A stretch of 64,000 nt of DNA, from the IMG/VR virus record IMGVR_UViG_3300042197_000731, positions 59,285 to 123,284 of that record. One strand, written 5' to 3'. Shown in pieces: positions 26,424-35,425 of this stretch. Under the pieces are notes generated by a model, which was not told the DNA's origin, searched no databases, and saw only the letters and a program-made list of their open reading frames with translations. The stretch is from a virus. Position numbers and translations under genes: made by a program. The number at the start of each line of letters is the position of its first letter. The stretch's first letter is position 1.

Positions 26424-27067
26424 TAATGAACTCCTAGAACATGTAGGGCGTGATTGTAGTGTTTAATTCTATCTTCTAGTCCTATCGTACCGCCGTTAAT
26501 TCTCTTACTTAAGGTAATTATATCCTTCTTATCGGCGAACTGATTTAACTTATTCTCATCCCAGAACCAGGCAGCACTCTGAACACAGCCTTCAAATGTT
26601 TTTAGATGTTCAACTGCCTCTTCAACATCAATTTCCAAACTCATTGCGTAGTTCGTGTAGTTGTTCTTGCCAGTTAATTGAATTAATCCACGCCCACAGT
26701 AGCGGTATCCATCGCCACTTTCTTCTGGACCATTGCCCATGCGATTAGCATAAATTCTGTTAGCAATTGCTTCTTGACGATTAGGCATTGCCGCATAGCG
26801 TTGTGCTATCTCGTCATTCGGGAAATATTTGGGAAATACTTTTCGTAGTGATTGCCAACGATAGTTTAAGTTTTCTTTGATGAATCTAAAGTTACCAGAT
26901 TCGTGAGCACATTGTGCTAAGAAAGCAGCAACCCGAAGTGGAGTTTCTATTTCGTATTCGGGAAGTATCGCTATCAGAGCATTGTACCAATCATCTATAT
27001 ATTGATTTTTTGGTACGATTTCTTTAAGTTGGTCAAGTGTGAAGTCAAAACTGAATTGAGTAGCCAT
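26423..27067 (-). CDS. endolysin, glycoside hydrolase family 19
   Basis: FLAQCAHESG, ENLNY, YANRMGNG, GRGLIQLTGKNNY, INGG. Confidence 0.9.
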   Translation of the reverse strand: MATQFSFDFTLDQLKEIVPKNQYIDDWYNALIAILPEYEIETPLRVAAFLAQCAHESGNFRFIKENLNYRWQSLRKVFPKYFPNDEIAQRYAAMPNRQEAIANRIYANRMGNGPEESGDGYRYCGRGLIQLTGKNNYTNYAMSLEIDVEEAVEHLKTFEGCVQSAAWFWDENKLNQFADKKDIITLSKRINGGTIGLEDRIKHYNHALHVLGVH

Positions 27068-27118
27068 GTTATATCCTCTGTACTACTCACGTATTTATCC
27101 CAAAATACAAAAATAATA

Positions 27119-27727
27119 TCAGCGTATTCTGGCCAGATCTCTAAGCAAATTAGTGTAATCGTTGACTACTGCTTTTTTGGTTATGTTGACTCTAGCTGAT
27201 TCTTTCATTTGCTCTAGTTCTTTATTGAACATTTCATCACGATCATACTTGGCGATGTACTGATCTGGTGTCATAGGAATGACCTGCTTTAATTTCCTAG
27301 CATCAACTGGATACTCATCTTTGCTTTTTTGATACTGAAAGCGCCACTCTGAAAACTTTTGATCGGTAAGATTGATAATATCTTCAATCAACTCAACAAT
27401 ATGTTTGGCTGCTGGTGGTGTTCGTTCTAATTCTACGAACACTAGATAATCGCCATCATCAAGTTCACCCGTGCTGATATCAGCATCCAGTACCCATTCA
27501 TAGCCACGCTCTATGAAGTTCATAAGATCTTCGGCTGCTTTTTTCTCAAGTGCTTTGATGCTCAATACCATGATATCGGCATCTTCACCCATCTTGCTCT
27601 TGAACTCGTCTATATGAAGTTTGTTATGAACTAGTCTGGCTAAATCGCCATGTTCAAGACCTTCAGAGAGTTGGTGCTGGTGGGATTCCTGGTGGCTGCC
27701 CTGGTATTTGTCCTGGCTGTGCTGCAT
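27119..27727 (-). CDS. hypothetical phage protein
   Basis: 202-aa ORF; start uncertain. Confidence 0.65.
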   Translation of the reverse strand: MQHSQDKYQGSHQESHQHQLSEGLEHGDLARLVHNKLHIDEFKSKMGEDADIMVLSIKALEKKAAEDLMNFIERGYEWVLDADISTGELDDGDYLVFVELERTPPAAKHIVELIEDIINLTDQKFSEWRFQYQKSKDEYPVDARKLKQVIPMTPDQYIAKYDRDEMFNKELEQMKESARVNITKKAVVNDYTNLLRDLARIR

Positions 27728-28244
27728 TTCCTTCTACCTTATTATTCTCATTGCCTGTGTCATCATCTAGACCTTCCTCGTATGCGTCGTCAATTTCTTC
27801 CGCATTCAAGGTTTCATTTTCTAATTCAATAGAACCACGTTCAATATCACTCATCAATCTTTTTGGCATAGTAATCGTAACAACCCATACCGGCTTACTA
27901 ACCATACGTGGTGTTTTTGTGCCTGGCTTAAAATCGTCAGGACTTTTAACTTCAACTGGATATTCAAATGTGTCTTTTTCATATGAAATTTCACAACCGT
28001 AGTCCAGTAATCTTTTTCCACCCGATGGATCTGGCATCTTTCTGAAGGGATACATCCACTTACAAGTGACGAAATACTTTTCGTAGATTGGTCCTTCTAC
28101 TAGTTCGCCTATCTTCCAGTTCTTAAAGGTGTAAAGATCAAACTCGTCTAGCACTCGCTCATAATCTAGTAATGAGTTCAAGTTACTATCAGACATGTAT
28201 ATTGTCTTGGTGTTAGTTAGTATACTTTTAAGATCAGTTGCCAT
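27663..28244 (-). CDS. hypothetical phage protein
   Basis: 193-aa ORF with TAAATA upstream. Confidence 0.7.
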   Translation of the reverse strand: MATDLKSILTNTKTIYMSDSNLNSLLDYERVLDEFDLYTFKNWKIGELVEGPIYEKYFVTCKWMYPFRKMPDPSGGKRLLDYGCEISYEKDTFEYPVEVKSPDDFKPGTKTPRMVSKPVWVVTITMPKRLMSDIERGSIELENETLNAEEIDDAYEEGLDDDTGNENNKVEGNAAQPGQIPGQPPGIPPAPTL

Positions 28245-28428
28245 TTTTCTAGTGTTTTAATTTATTTATCATGATTGATGAATACTAGCAAAACTGATAA
28301 ATTGGGACACGAAACTAATATTTAGTGTAGAAAATAATTTCTAATATATGATTTTTCAGAGTATAGAAGATGTTTAAATAATGATGTGAGGCAATCCCCA
28401 CATCAACTCTATAGAATAGGAGAAAACT

Positions 28429-29163
28429 TTGTCAAAAAGAAATCGTAGAGAGTTTCAAGCACAAGCAATAGAAAACAATGTAGTCAGTCTAAGTTCATAT
28501 TACACCAAAAAAAGACAGGTACATTTGTTACCAAAGACCCTAAATCAAGAATCCTATATAAATTTACTAACAGATCCATCAAAGTTAATAGTTTTCGCAA
28601 CTGGTCCAGCAGGAACAGGCAAAACAATGCTAGCAATGTTGGCTGGAATTAAAGCACTCAAAGAAGGAGAAATTACAAAGATAGTATTAACACGACCAGC
28701 AGTTGGTGTTGATGACGAACGTCATGGCTTTTTGCCAGGCGACTTAAATCAAAAAATGGAACCGTGGACACGACCACTCTTCGATGTACTTGCGGAATAC
28801 TATGATAAAAAAGACATCGTTAGAATGCTAGACGAACAAATAATAGAGATATCTCCACTAGCATTTATGAGAGGACGGACGTTTAAACACTCCTGGATCA
28901 TTGCTGATGAAATGCAGAATGCCACGCCTAATCAAATGAAGATGTTACTTACTAGATTGGGAGAAGGCAGTAAAATGGTAGTAACTGGAGATACCAAACA
29001 AGCCGATAGAAAAGATCCAGACAATGGACTACTTGACTTCAAAGGACTTGTTGAGAGTTACAAAAACTGTATGTATGTTAGCGGTATAGAGTTGACCGGT
29101 AAGGATATCCAACGACATCCTGCCGTAGTAGAGATATTGAAAATTTATAAGGAGATTGCGTAA
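28429..29163 (+). CDS. phoH: PhoH-like ATPase
   Basis: GPAGTGKT, LTRPAV, GFLPGD, LAFMRGRTF, ADEMQNAT, TGDTKQAD; GGAG RBS before a TTG start. Confidence 0.95.
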   Translation: MSKRNRREFQAQAIENNVVSLSSYYTKKRQVHLLPKTLNQESYINLLTDPSKLIVFATGPAGTGKTMLAMLAGIKALKEGEITKIVLTRPAVGVDDERHGFLPGDLNQKMEPWTRPLFDVLAEYYDKKDIVRMLDEQIIEISPLAFMRGRTFKHSWIIADEMQNATPNQMKMLLTRLGEGSKMVVTGDTKQADRKDPDNGLLDFKGLVESYKNCMYVSGIELTGKDIQRHPAVVEILKIYKEIA

Positions 29164-29168
29164 CCGTA

Positions 29169-29402
29169 TTACTTACGTTTAGTATAAGAAACCAGAGCGT
29201 CAATTTGACCCTGCATTCTGTTAATTTTTCTTTTTAAGAAAGCAAGTTCAATTGACTGCTCTGTGTTTGTAGATGCTAAATTTCTGAATTGCTCACGCCA
29301 TATCTTCATTTCTTTTTCATGTCCGAGTAGTGTTGGACGAGGTGGCGCATTTGGATCGACCTCTTTTTTCTTCTTTGGCATACTGTACATACTCAGACTC
29401 AT
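29169..29402 (-). CDS. hypothetical protein
   Basis: 77-aa ORF. Confidence 0.55.
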   Translation of the reverse strand: MSLSMYSMPKKKKEVDPNAPPRPTLLGHEKEMKIWREQFRNLASTNTEQSIELAFLKRKINRMQGQIDALVSYTKRK

Positions 29403-29412
29403 GGTAACATCC

Positions 29413-29712
29413 TTACTTTATTTCGTTCATCACAGTATTTATGTACTCGCTATAACCTTCTTCAAAGTACTTAAATAGTTCATCCCACGTTTTTTCAGCG
29501 TGCCATGTGTTTTTCACCACGCTTTTAGTAGATAGATTAAGAATAATTTTAGCATCACTTCGCAATTTATCTTTTAACCCACGAGTAATATTGACCATTT
29601 CGTCATAGTATACATTCTCTGGACTGCTCATATAACCACGGACCTTAGTCATTCCAGGATCACGTGGCTTTAGCGTATAAAACGCTACTAAATAAATATC
29701 TTTATTTTTCAA
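29413..29712 (-). CDS. hypothetical protein
   Basis: 99-aa ORF. Confidence 0.6.
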   Translation of the reverse strand: MKNKDIYLVAFYTLKPRDPGMTKVRGYMSSPENVYYDEMVNITRGLKDKLRSDAKIILNLSTKSVVKNTWHAEKTWDELFKYFEEGYSEYINTVMNEIK

Positions 29713-30362
29713 TTTGATTTTCTGTTACCTTTCCCGTCATATTTTTTTATATTTTCTTCCCATGATATTAATTGTAAATTTTCTTTTGAACTCATTTGTT
29801 CTATTGATATACCCTGTTCAAATCCCAATCTTACACTTATTATATGATCAATTTGATATGCCCCAATTACTCCACATTTGCCAATTGGCAAATTATTTGG
29901 ATTTATTTCGGTTTTATATTCTTTATAAGTTTTTCTTGTTCTCGTTGAGATTCTATTTCTGTATTTTTTAAAATTAGAATAAACTATGCTATCTCTAGCC
30001 ATAATTTCTTCGGATTCTTTTTTTCTTTTTGTACCTCGTTGCGTGTTTGCGTATGCTGCTACTCTGGGATCATTTTTTGTTAATCCTTTATTCCAAGGTT
30101 CTCTCGGACGATTAGTCCAATACTCCTTGACTGATGTTTTGATCTTTTGCCTGGTATCGTCATTGACCGAATGTTCTTTTAAACCCTCACTAATATTAAA
30201 TTTATGTTCTTCTGTTAATTTTTTACCAGTTAGAGCGACAGAATTTTTCTCGCCTATTTTCTTTTTAATAACTGGACATTTAGAAGCTTTTTTATCACAG
30301 CATAATAACCCATTGTAATTTGTATATGTCGATAGTAATCCACATCCTCTATAACAAAGCAT
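29709..30362 (-). CDS. HNH-type homing endonuclease with NUMOD3-like motifs
   Basis: GKKLTEEHKFNISE, PWNKGLTK, YQIDHIIS..ENLQLISWEENIKK. Confidence 0.75.
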   Translation of the reverse strand: MLCYRGCGLLSTYTNYNGLLCCDKKASKCPVIKKKIGEKNSVALTGKKLTEEHKFNISEGLKEHSVNDDTRQKIKTSVKEYWTNRPREPWNKGLTKNDPRVAAYANTQRGTKRKKESEEIMARDSIVYSNFKKYRNRISTRTRKTYKEYKTEINPNNLPIGKCGVIGAYQIDHIISVRLGFEQGISIEQMSSKENLQLISWEENIKKYDGKGNRKSN

Positions 30363-30411
30363 AAATTTTCTCCTTTAATCTATTTATGCTTAGTTCTACT
30401 AACGTCGCGGA

Positions 30412-31335
30412 TTATTTATTAATTTGTGCCAATTCACAAAACATGGCACTAATGTTTATCTCAGGATCTGCTACTAAACTGTGATTTACAAGTGCTTTAC
30501 GAATTACAAGAATGGCTTCGTCTTGACCTTCATCCGACGCACTCCACAGTTGAAGATTATCATAACACCATCTGAACAGTTCTTCCATTTCCTCTGGCCT
30601 AGCCTGTGAACATAGCAATTTTCGTGCTTCACGCAATTTTCGTGCTTTGATTAGTTCAACAAGAGCAAACTTGTAGTCCGCTGAGCCACTATCACTATCA
30701 CGAGGAGACAGCAATTTTCCAGTGTTTGAATTGCTCTGTAGCAGATTTAAACACTTACGTAGATCTGGATACGTTACCTTGATGTAGTTGTCTAGTGTTT
30801 CTAGATCAAAGTCAACACCCTCATTGACCAACACAGTTGCCGCACGGGCTGTAAATTCAGTCTGATCAGTCTTATCTATATGTAATTCGTAACAACGACT
30901 TTTCAATGGAGGAATGATTTTATGAACTAGATTACAGGTAAAGATAAATCGTGCTTGAGATTGATACGTTTCCATTAGTCCACGAAGTAGACCTTGTGCG
31001 TTTGGACTCAGAAAATCTGCCTCGTCTAGTAGTACAATTTTTAGATCACCGAATGGCATTGTACTGATAAAACCCTCAATCTTTGATTTGATGAAGTCAA
31101 CCCCGTTATCACGACTGGCGTTTACCTGCATAAAATCATAGTCATGAATTTCAAGTTCATTAACTAAAATTTTTGCTAGAGTGGTTTTACCTGTTCCCGC
31201 TGGACCGTATAACAATAGATGTGGCAAACTTTTTTCGGTAATCCACTGAGCAATTTGTTGCTTGGTAGTTTCATCAGTGAATACATAATTATCAACACTA
31301 GATGGACGATACTTTTCAGTCCAGAGTTCCTTCAT
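30412..31335 (-). CDS. clamp loader ATPase subunit (gp44/RFC-like)
   Basis: LWTEKYRP, GPAGTGKTT, NASRDNG, LLDEAD, PLKSRC. Confidence 0.93.
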   Translation of the reverse strand: MKELWTEKYRPSSVDNYVFTDETTKQQIAQWITEKSLPHLLLYGPAGTGKTTLAKILVNELEIHDYDFMQVNASRDNGVDFIKSKIEGFISTMPFGDLKIVLLDEADFLSPNAQGLLRGLMETYQSQARFIFTCNLVHKIIPPLKSRCYELHIDKTDQTEFTARAATVLVNEGVDFDLETLDNYIKVTYPDLRKCLNLLQSNSNTGKLLSPRDSDSGSADYKFALVELIKARKLREARKLLCSQARPEEMEELFRWCYDNLQLWSASDEGQDEAILVIRKALVNHSLVADPEINISAMFCELAQINK

Positions 31336-31538
31336 TTGATATTCCAATCCTTTTTTGCTTGTTCAATGACTTTACATGGGTTCATAATTGCCCACGCGCC
31401 TATGATAGCAGGCGCAGCGAGTAAAAACAATATCTTTTTAACCGAAGATATTTCCATCACAGGAGGATGATGCGGGCATCTACCTTGATTGAAATCACAC
31501 TTTGATGAATAATTTTCACCACATGTATCACATTTCAT
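31332..31538 (-). CDS. hypothetical small membrane protein
   Basis: CxxC N-terminus and one hydrophobic segment. Confidence 0.5.
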   Translation of the reverse strand: MKCDTCGENYSSKCDFNQGRCPHHPPVMEISSVKKILFLLAAPAIIGAWAIMNPCKVIEQAKKDWNIK

Positions 31539-31549
31539 AATTTTTCCTA

Positions 31550-32029
31550 TTATTGAGATTTGTTATTTTTTGCGAACTCGGCATCCGCAACACGTTTACG
31601 AAGACTACTGGAACTAAAACTATGATCACGGCCATTAAAAATTAATTTAATGTTTCGCTTCTCGCATATTTCTTTGCCCGTAAAATTCTTATCAGCATAC
31701 TCCACACCTAAAATTCTAACATCTATGGGCAAAGTTAGCAGAATGTCTTCAAGATCTTTTTCTGTTTCATACACTATGATTTCGTCTACATATCTTGTGG
31801 CGGCCAGTTGAATTTGTCGCTCAACAATACTTTGTACTGGACGATTTTTTGTGTCTGGGCGATCAATAGTTGGATTAGTTTGTAGCCCAGCAATCAGATA
31901 GTCGCAATGATTTTTCGCTTCTGCTAGCATAGCAATATGTCCCGCATGAGGACCTAAGTCAAATGTAGAAAAAGTAATTCCTATCTTGAGACCTTTTTCT
32001 TTTAACTCTTTAACTTTGTTGAATATCAT
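31550..32029 (-). CDS. glycerol-3-phosphate cytidylyltransferase-like (TagD family)
   Basis: FSTFDLGPHAGH, R..SFSSSSLR. Confidence 0.85.
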   Translation of the reverse strand: MIFNKVKELKEKGLKIGITFSTFDLGPHAGHIAMLAEAKNHCDYLIAGLQTNPTIDRPDTKNRPVQSIVERQIQLAATRYVDEIIVYETEKDLEDILLTLPIDVRILGVEYADKNFTGKEICEKRNIKLIFNGRDHSFSSSSLRKRVADAEFAKNNKSQ

Positions 32030-32198
32030 CTGTCTTCTTTTTTAGAGTGATAGTACCGTCATCTTGAACATCCCATACCAGGGTATCTCCGATTTTCCAG
32101 TCCATTTTTTGAAGTAAATCATCTGGAAAAGTTAGCATCAAGTTTTCTGGATCTTCTGGATCTGATTCAACGTTTAGAATGTATGAGTTTGTATTCAT
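32010..32198 (-). CDS. AbrB/SpoVT-like small DNA-binding protein
   Basis: LTFPDDLLQKMDWKIGDTLVW..DGTITLKK. Confidence 0.6.
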   Translation of the reverse strand: MNTNSYILNVESDPEDPENLMLTFPDDLLQKMDWKIGDTLVWDVQDDGTITLKKKTDDIQQS

Positions 32199-32602
32199 CG
32201 TGTTTTTTGATCTACACCTAGTGCGGAAGAAAGAATATCATCACTGTTTGGAGTTTCATCAGAAACTGCCATAATAGCATCCGCGTCTACACGCCTGATG
32301 ATAAACTCTTGACCATCAATTTCAACTTTTATACCGCGCGTCCAACGACCATGCTCTACTAGGACCCATTGTTCTGGCACCACATCTTGCTGTTCTGGTC
32401 CAATAGCATATACTTTTGCCCATCGTGGTCTAATGCCAGACGCTTTAGCATCGTCACCTAGCAGAACAAGACCACTAGATAACTTCCGTTCACCGAAATT
32501 CATTTCGGAAACAATTACATGATTTTTGATGGGAATAATGCCCTTAATTTTGTTTGTAAATTGATACTTGATAGTCGTATCAAACGGATTATTTAATTTC
32601 AT
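32195..32602 (-). CDS. groES: GroES-like co-chaperonin
   Basis: PIKNHVIV..SSGLVL..AKVYAIGP..I.AV. Confidence 0.8.
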   Translation of the reverse strand: MKLNNPFDTTIKYQFTNKIKGIIPIKNHVIVSEMNFGERKLSSGLVLLGDDAKASGIRPRWAKVYAIGPEQQDVVPEQWVLVEHGRWTRGIKVEIDGQEFIIRRVDADAIMAVSDETPNSDDILSSALGVDQKTR

Positions 32603-32793
32603 TGTCGTCCTCGTTGATTGTACTTGTCTTTGATTATATCATTCTTTTTCTTAACAATGTTACCATATTGGTCAACCACATCACCACGAGCATTGACGTT
32701 CATGTTTCCTACAGCAACTTCGCGTTCATGTAACAGTCTTAAACGGTCCATATCTATTGATTTGCCCTGGGCTGTTTTATATACTTTTGGCAT
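32599..32793 (-). CDS. hypothetical protein
   Basis: 64-aa ORF (AVGNMNVNARGD). Confidence 0.65.
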   Translation of the reverse strand: MPKVYKTAQGKSIDMDRLRLLHEREVAVGNMNVNARGDVVDQYGNIVKKKNDIIKDKYNQRGRQ

Positions 32794-32802
32794 AAAATAT
32801 CC

Positions 32803-33318
32803 TTACTTTAAAAATTCTCGTATATCAAGTTCGTACACAATACTGTTTACTTTATGAACACCTAGTAAATACAACACATAACTAGCAGTGCTGGATCCGC
32901 GTCCTATTCCATAAACAACATCATGTTTTTTGAATACGTCTACCATATATTTAAGAAACCGTAGCAAATCAAACAGATTTCTTTCTTGAAATAGTAGTAA
33001 TTCGTCGGCCACTCTACACAATTCATCGTCTGATTTACAAAGTCCAACTATGTAATCAACGATATTTAGATCTTTGTATTCTTGTGGTATATGCCAATTT
33101 GATGTGTTTATGGTATCAAACTCTGCCAATGATAAATCGTGAAATTCCTCGTACTTTGCCAGTGGAGAAATATCTAGATAAAAATGTGATACGGCAGCAT
33201 TATAGGTATCAGGATCCCTTACTGAAACACCATCAAGGGATGCCTTTGGATTTTTATACAGTAAAGCATATAAATCATCTGATGATAGATATGCTCTACC
33301 GTAATCGTCAAATTTCAT
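32803..33318 (-). CDS. DNA polymerase III alpha (DnaE)-like fragment
   Basis: GIGRGSSTASYVLYLLGVHKVN matches the DnaE GRGS..S.V.Y.LGI motif; only 171 aa. Confidence 0.75.
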   Translation of the reverse strand: MKFDDYGRAYLSSDDLYALLYKNPKASLDGVSVRDPDTYNAAVSHFYLDISPLAKYEEFHDLSLAEFDTINTSNWHIPQEYKDLNIVDYIVGLCKSDDELCRVADELLLFQERNLFDLLRFLKYMVDVFKKHDVVYGIGRGSSTASYVLYLLGVHKVNSIVYELDIREFLK

Positions 33319-33551
33319 TTGGTTTGAACTAAATCTTTCAAGGATTCGTTTTTCTTATTTACTTCTTCAAGTGTCTTTTGATGCCTACGACTGGCCTCGG
33401 CATTATATTCATCAAGTAGCATATGAATTTGACCTACTACACTGTAATTTCCAAGACGATAACTTTGTGTTAGATAGTTAGTCAGTTCAGAAATCTTCTT
33501 GAATAGATCTTGATCATTTATGGCTGATAAATCTTCAACTAGTGGATGCAT
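33315..33551 (-). CDS. hypothetical protein
   Basis: 78-aa ORF. Confidence 0.6.
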   Translation of the reverse strand: MHPLVEDLSAINDQDLFKKISELTNYLTQSYRLGNYSVVGQIHMLLDEYNAEASRRHQKTLEEVNKKNESLKDLVQTK

Positions 33552-33683
33552 CTTAATTCTCCGTCTGTATTTTCAGTAATTCTTCTAGTTTTTCTCTGGC
33601 CAGATAAATTCTACCGTCACAAAGATATTCATAGATTGACGTAAGAATTTTGTGAGTAGTCACATCATATAGTGCTTCACTTC

Positions 33684-34106
33684 TCATAGATCACCGTCCG
33701 CTCTATTTTCACTGCGATAGACATCAAATTTACCACCTGGATATCGTGCTTCCAATTTCCTAACGTTTTCAGCAATAACCTCGTTTGGATCATACCCCAG
33801 TGCCCTACACGCATTTACCCAGTACCAGGCGATATCACCAAGTTCACGCATCATATGAAAACGATTTTCTTCAGTAAATGGCTTACCTTGAAATAGCATC
33901 TTTTTGACGATTTCACTAAACTCACCACCTTCGCTGGACAACCCAACACTAGCAGTCAACAGTAGTGGAACATTTAGTTGAATTCCTGCTAAAGCGGCCT
34001 GTTTTTCCAAATTATGAATGCTTTCAATCAATGATTGAACATTATTGGATTGTTTACTGGTAACTGTGCCTACAAATTCTTTGTAACGATTGAGATCAAC
34101 TTCCAT
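33684..34106 (-). CDS. MazG-like nucleoside triphosphate pyrophosphohydrolase
   Basis: GLSSEGGEFSEIVKK..RELGDIAWY..N..KL..RYP. Confidence 0.88.
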   Translation of the reverse strand: MEVDLNRYKEFVGTVTSKQSNNVQSLIESIHNLEKQAALAGIQLNVPLLLTASVGLSSEGGEFSEIVKKMLFQGKPFTEENRFHMMRELGDIAWYWVNACRALGYDPNEVIAENVRKLEARYPGGKFDVYRSENRADGDL

Positions 34107-34174
34107 TTTTAATTCCTTAAAGTGTTAATGATTATAACACAATCTGGGATGATATCAATCGTTACGTGAACAAA

Positions 34175-35425
34175 TTAGCCAATTCTGTACCAAACACCAT
34201 TTCCGCTGTTTATGGTTGAGTTGGCGTAATAGATCCAACTTCCGCCGACAGTGGTGTTTACTGTAGTACCATTTAATGAGCCGTATACCGTATCTGTACC
34301 GGAACCACCGTGAGTTAGTGTTGTAATTGTATTGGCAAATGATATACGAATTACTTGGCCCTGCATAGCGCCAGTAGGCATGATTACTGTATAGGTAGAT
34401 ATAGTTGACGATGTTGGATTTACAGCGGCGAATCCAGCAGCATTTGATAGTGTAGTAGATCCACCGTCCGTAGCAGTAACAAGTTCTACGCCATATGCAT
34501 CGCCGCCACATAGATCGCTAATACCATTTACAGTCAGATTTCCTACGTTAGCATTGCCAGATACGGCCAGTGATGTTAGAGTTCCTAGTAGTGTAACATT
34601 TGGCTGAACGTTGGTAATCAGATTGCCTTGAATGCCACTGTTTGCTATAAAATAATTAGCCGTAACGTTGCCTGTAAACGAAGCGTCAGTTCCCGTGCTA
34701 ACCATATTACCAATGAAGTTGTTAGCAGTGATGTTGCCTATTGCTACTCCACCAACGTTTGTAACAGTCATGGTAATACCAGTAGTAGCAGCACCACCAA
34801 CATCAGTTGTAATGACCAGATTGCCACCCATAACCCGAGTTTTGTTATTTACCCAGTCCACGAGATAGAAACTGGTGCCACCGTCGATGGTGCCTACTTC
34901 ATATGTGTAAGTACCTGGACCGTCAAACGTCAATACACGACTAGTAGTGTTATAGCCAGCAATATCGTATGCTTTGGTAACACTGGCTGGCATAGTAACC
35001 GTATGTGCTGAGTTTGCTACGATTATCTGAAGGACAATTCTAGCAAAACTTCCGTTCGTTGGAGCAAAACCGGTAAAGCCACTGATAGTAGTAGAACCCG
35101 CAAGGGTCATTGTTTGAAATGTGCCCGTATCAAAGTTAACGCTAACAGAACCAGATACCGCATTACCTACATTGAAGTATTTTTCTCTAATACCCTGCAT
35201 TTGGGCATTGGTAATCAGATTGCCCTGTAAGTTATTGTTAAATGTGCCATTATTAAGTGGACTTGCCAAAATTACTTTGTTTTGTAAATCAGTTATTTCT
35301 TCATACGCTGATTCAAAGTTATTTTTAATATTAGTAAAATTGTCTCTAAATCCTTGACTACTATTATCCTGACCTGCGACAGGATAAGTGCCATCAATGA
35401 TGTTATAATTTATTTGACTTGCCAT
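34175..35425 (-). CDS. virion structural protein (tail/baseplate-associated)
   Basis: YPVAGQDNSSQGFRDNF N-terminus; G/N/T-rich beta-strand repeats. Confidence 0.65.
   Translation of the reverse strand: MASQINYNIIDGTYPVAGQDNSSQGFRDNFTNIKNNFESAYEEITDLQNKVILASPLNNGTFNNNLQGNLITNAQMQGIREKYFNVGNAVSGSVSVNFDTGTFQTMTLAGSTTISGFTGFAPTNGSFARIVLQIIVANSAHTVTMPASVTKAYDIAGYNTTSRVLTFDGPGTYTYEVGTIDGGTSFYLVDWVNNKTRVMGGNLVITTDVGGAATTGITMTVTNVGGVAIGNITANNFIGNMVSTGTDASFTGNVTANYFIANSGIQGNLITNVQPNVTLLGTLTSLAVSGNANVGNLTVNGISDLCGGDAYGVELVTATDGGSTTLSNAAGFAAVNPTSSTISTYTVIMPTGAMQGQVIRISFANTITTLTHGGSGTDTVYGSLNGTTVNTTVGGSWIYYANSTINSGNGVWYRIG

Noticed and set aside
34155-34511. 118-aa Cys/Trp/Tyr-rich minus-strand ORF
   Set aside because: Alternative frame inside the structural gene 34175..35425; its composition is typical of an off-frame read
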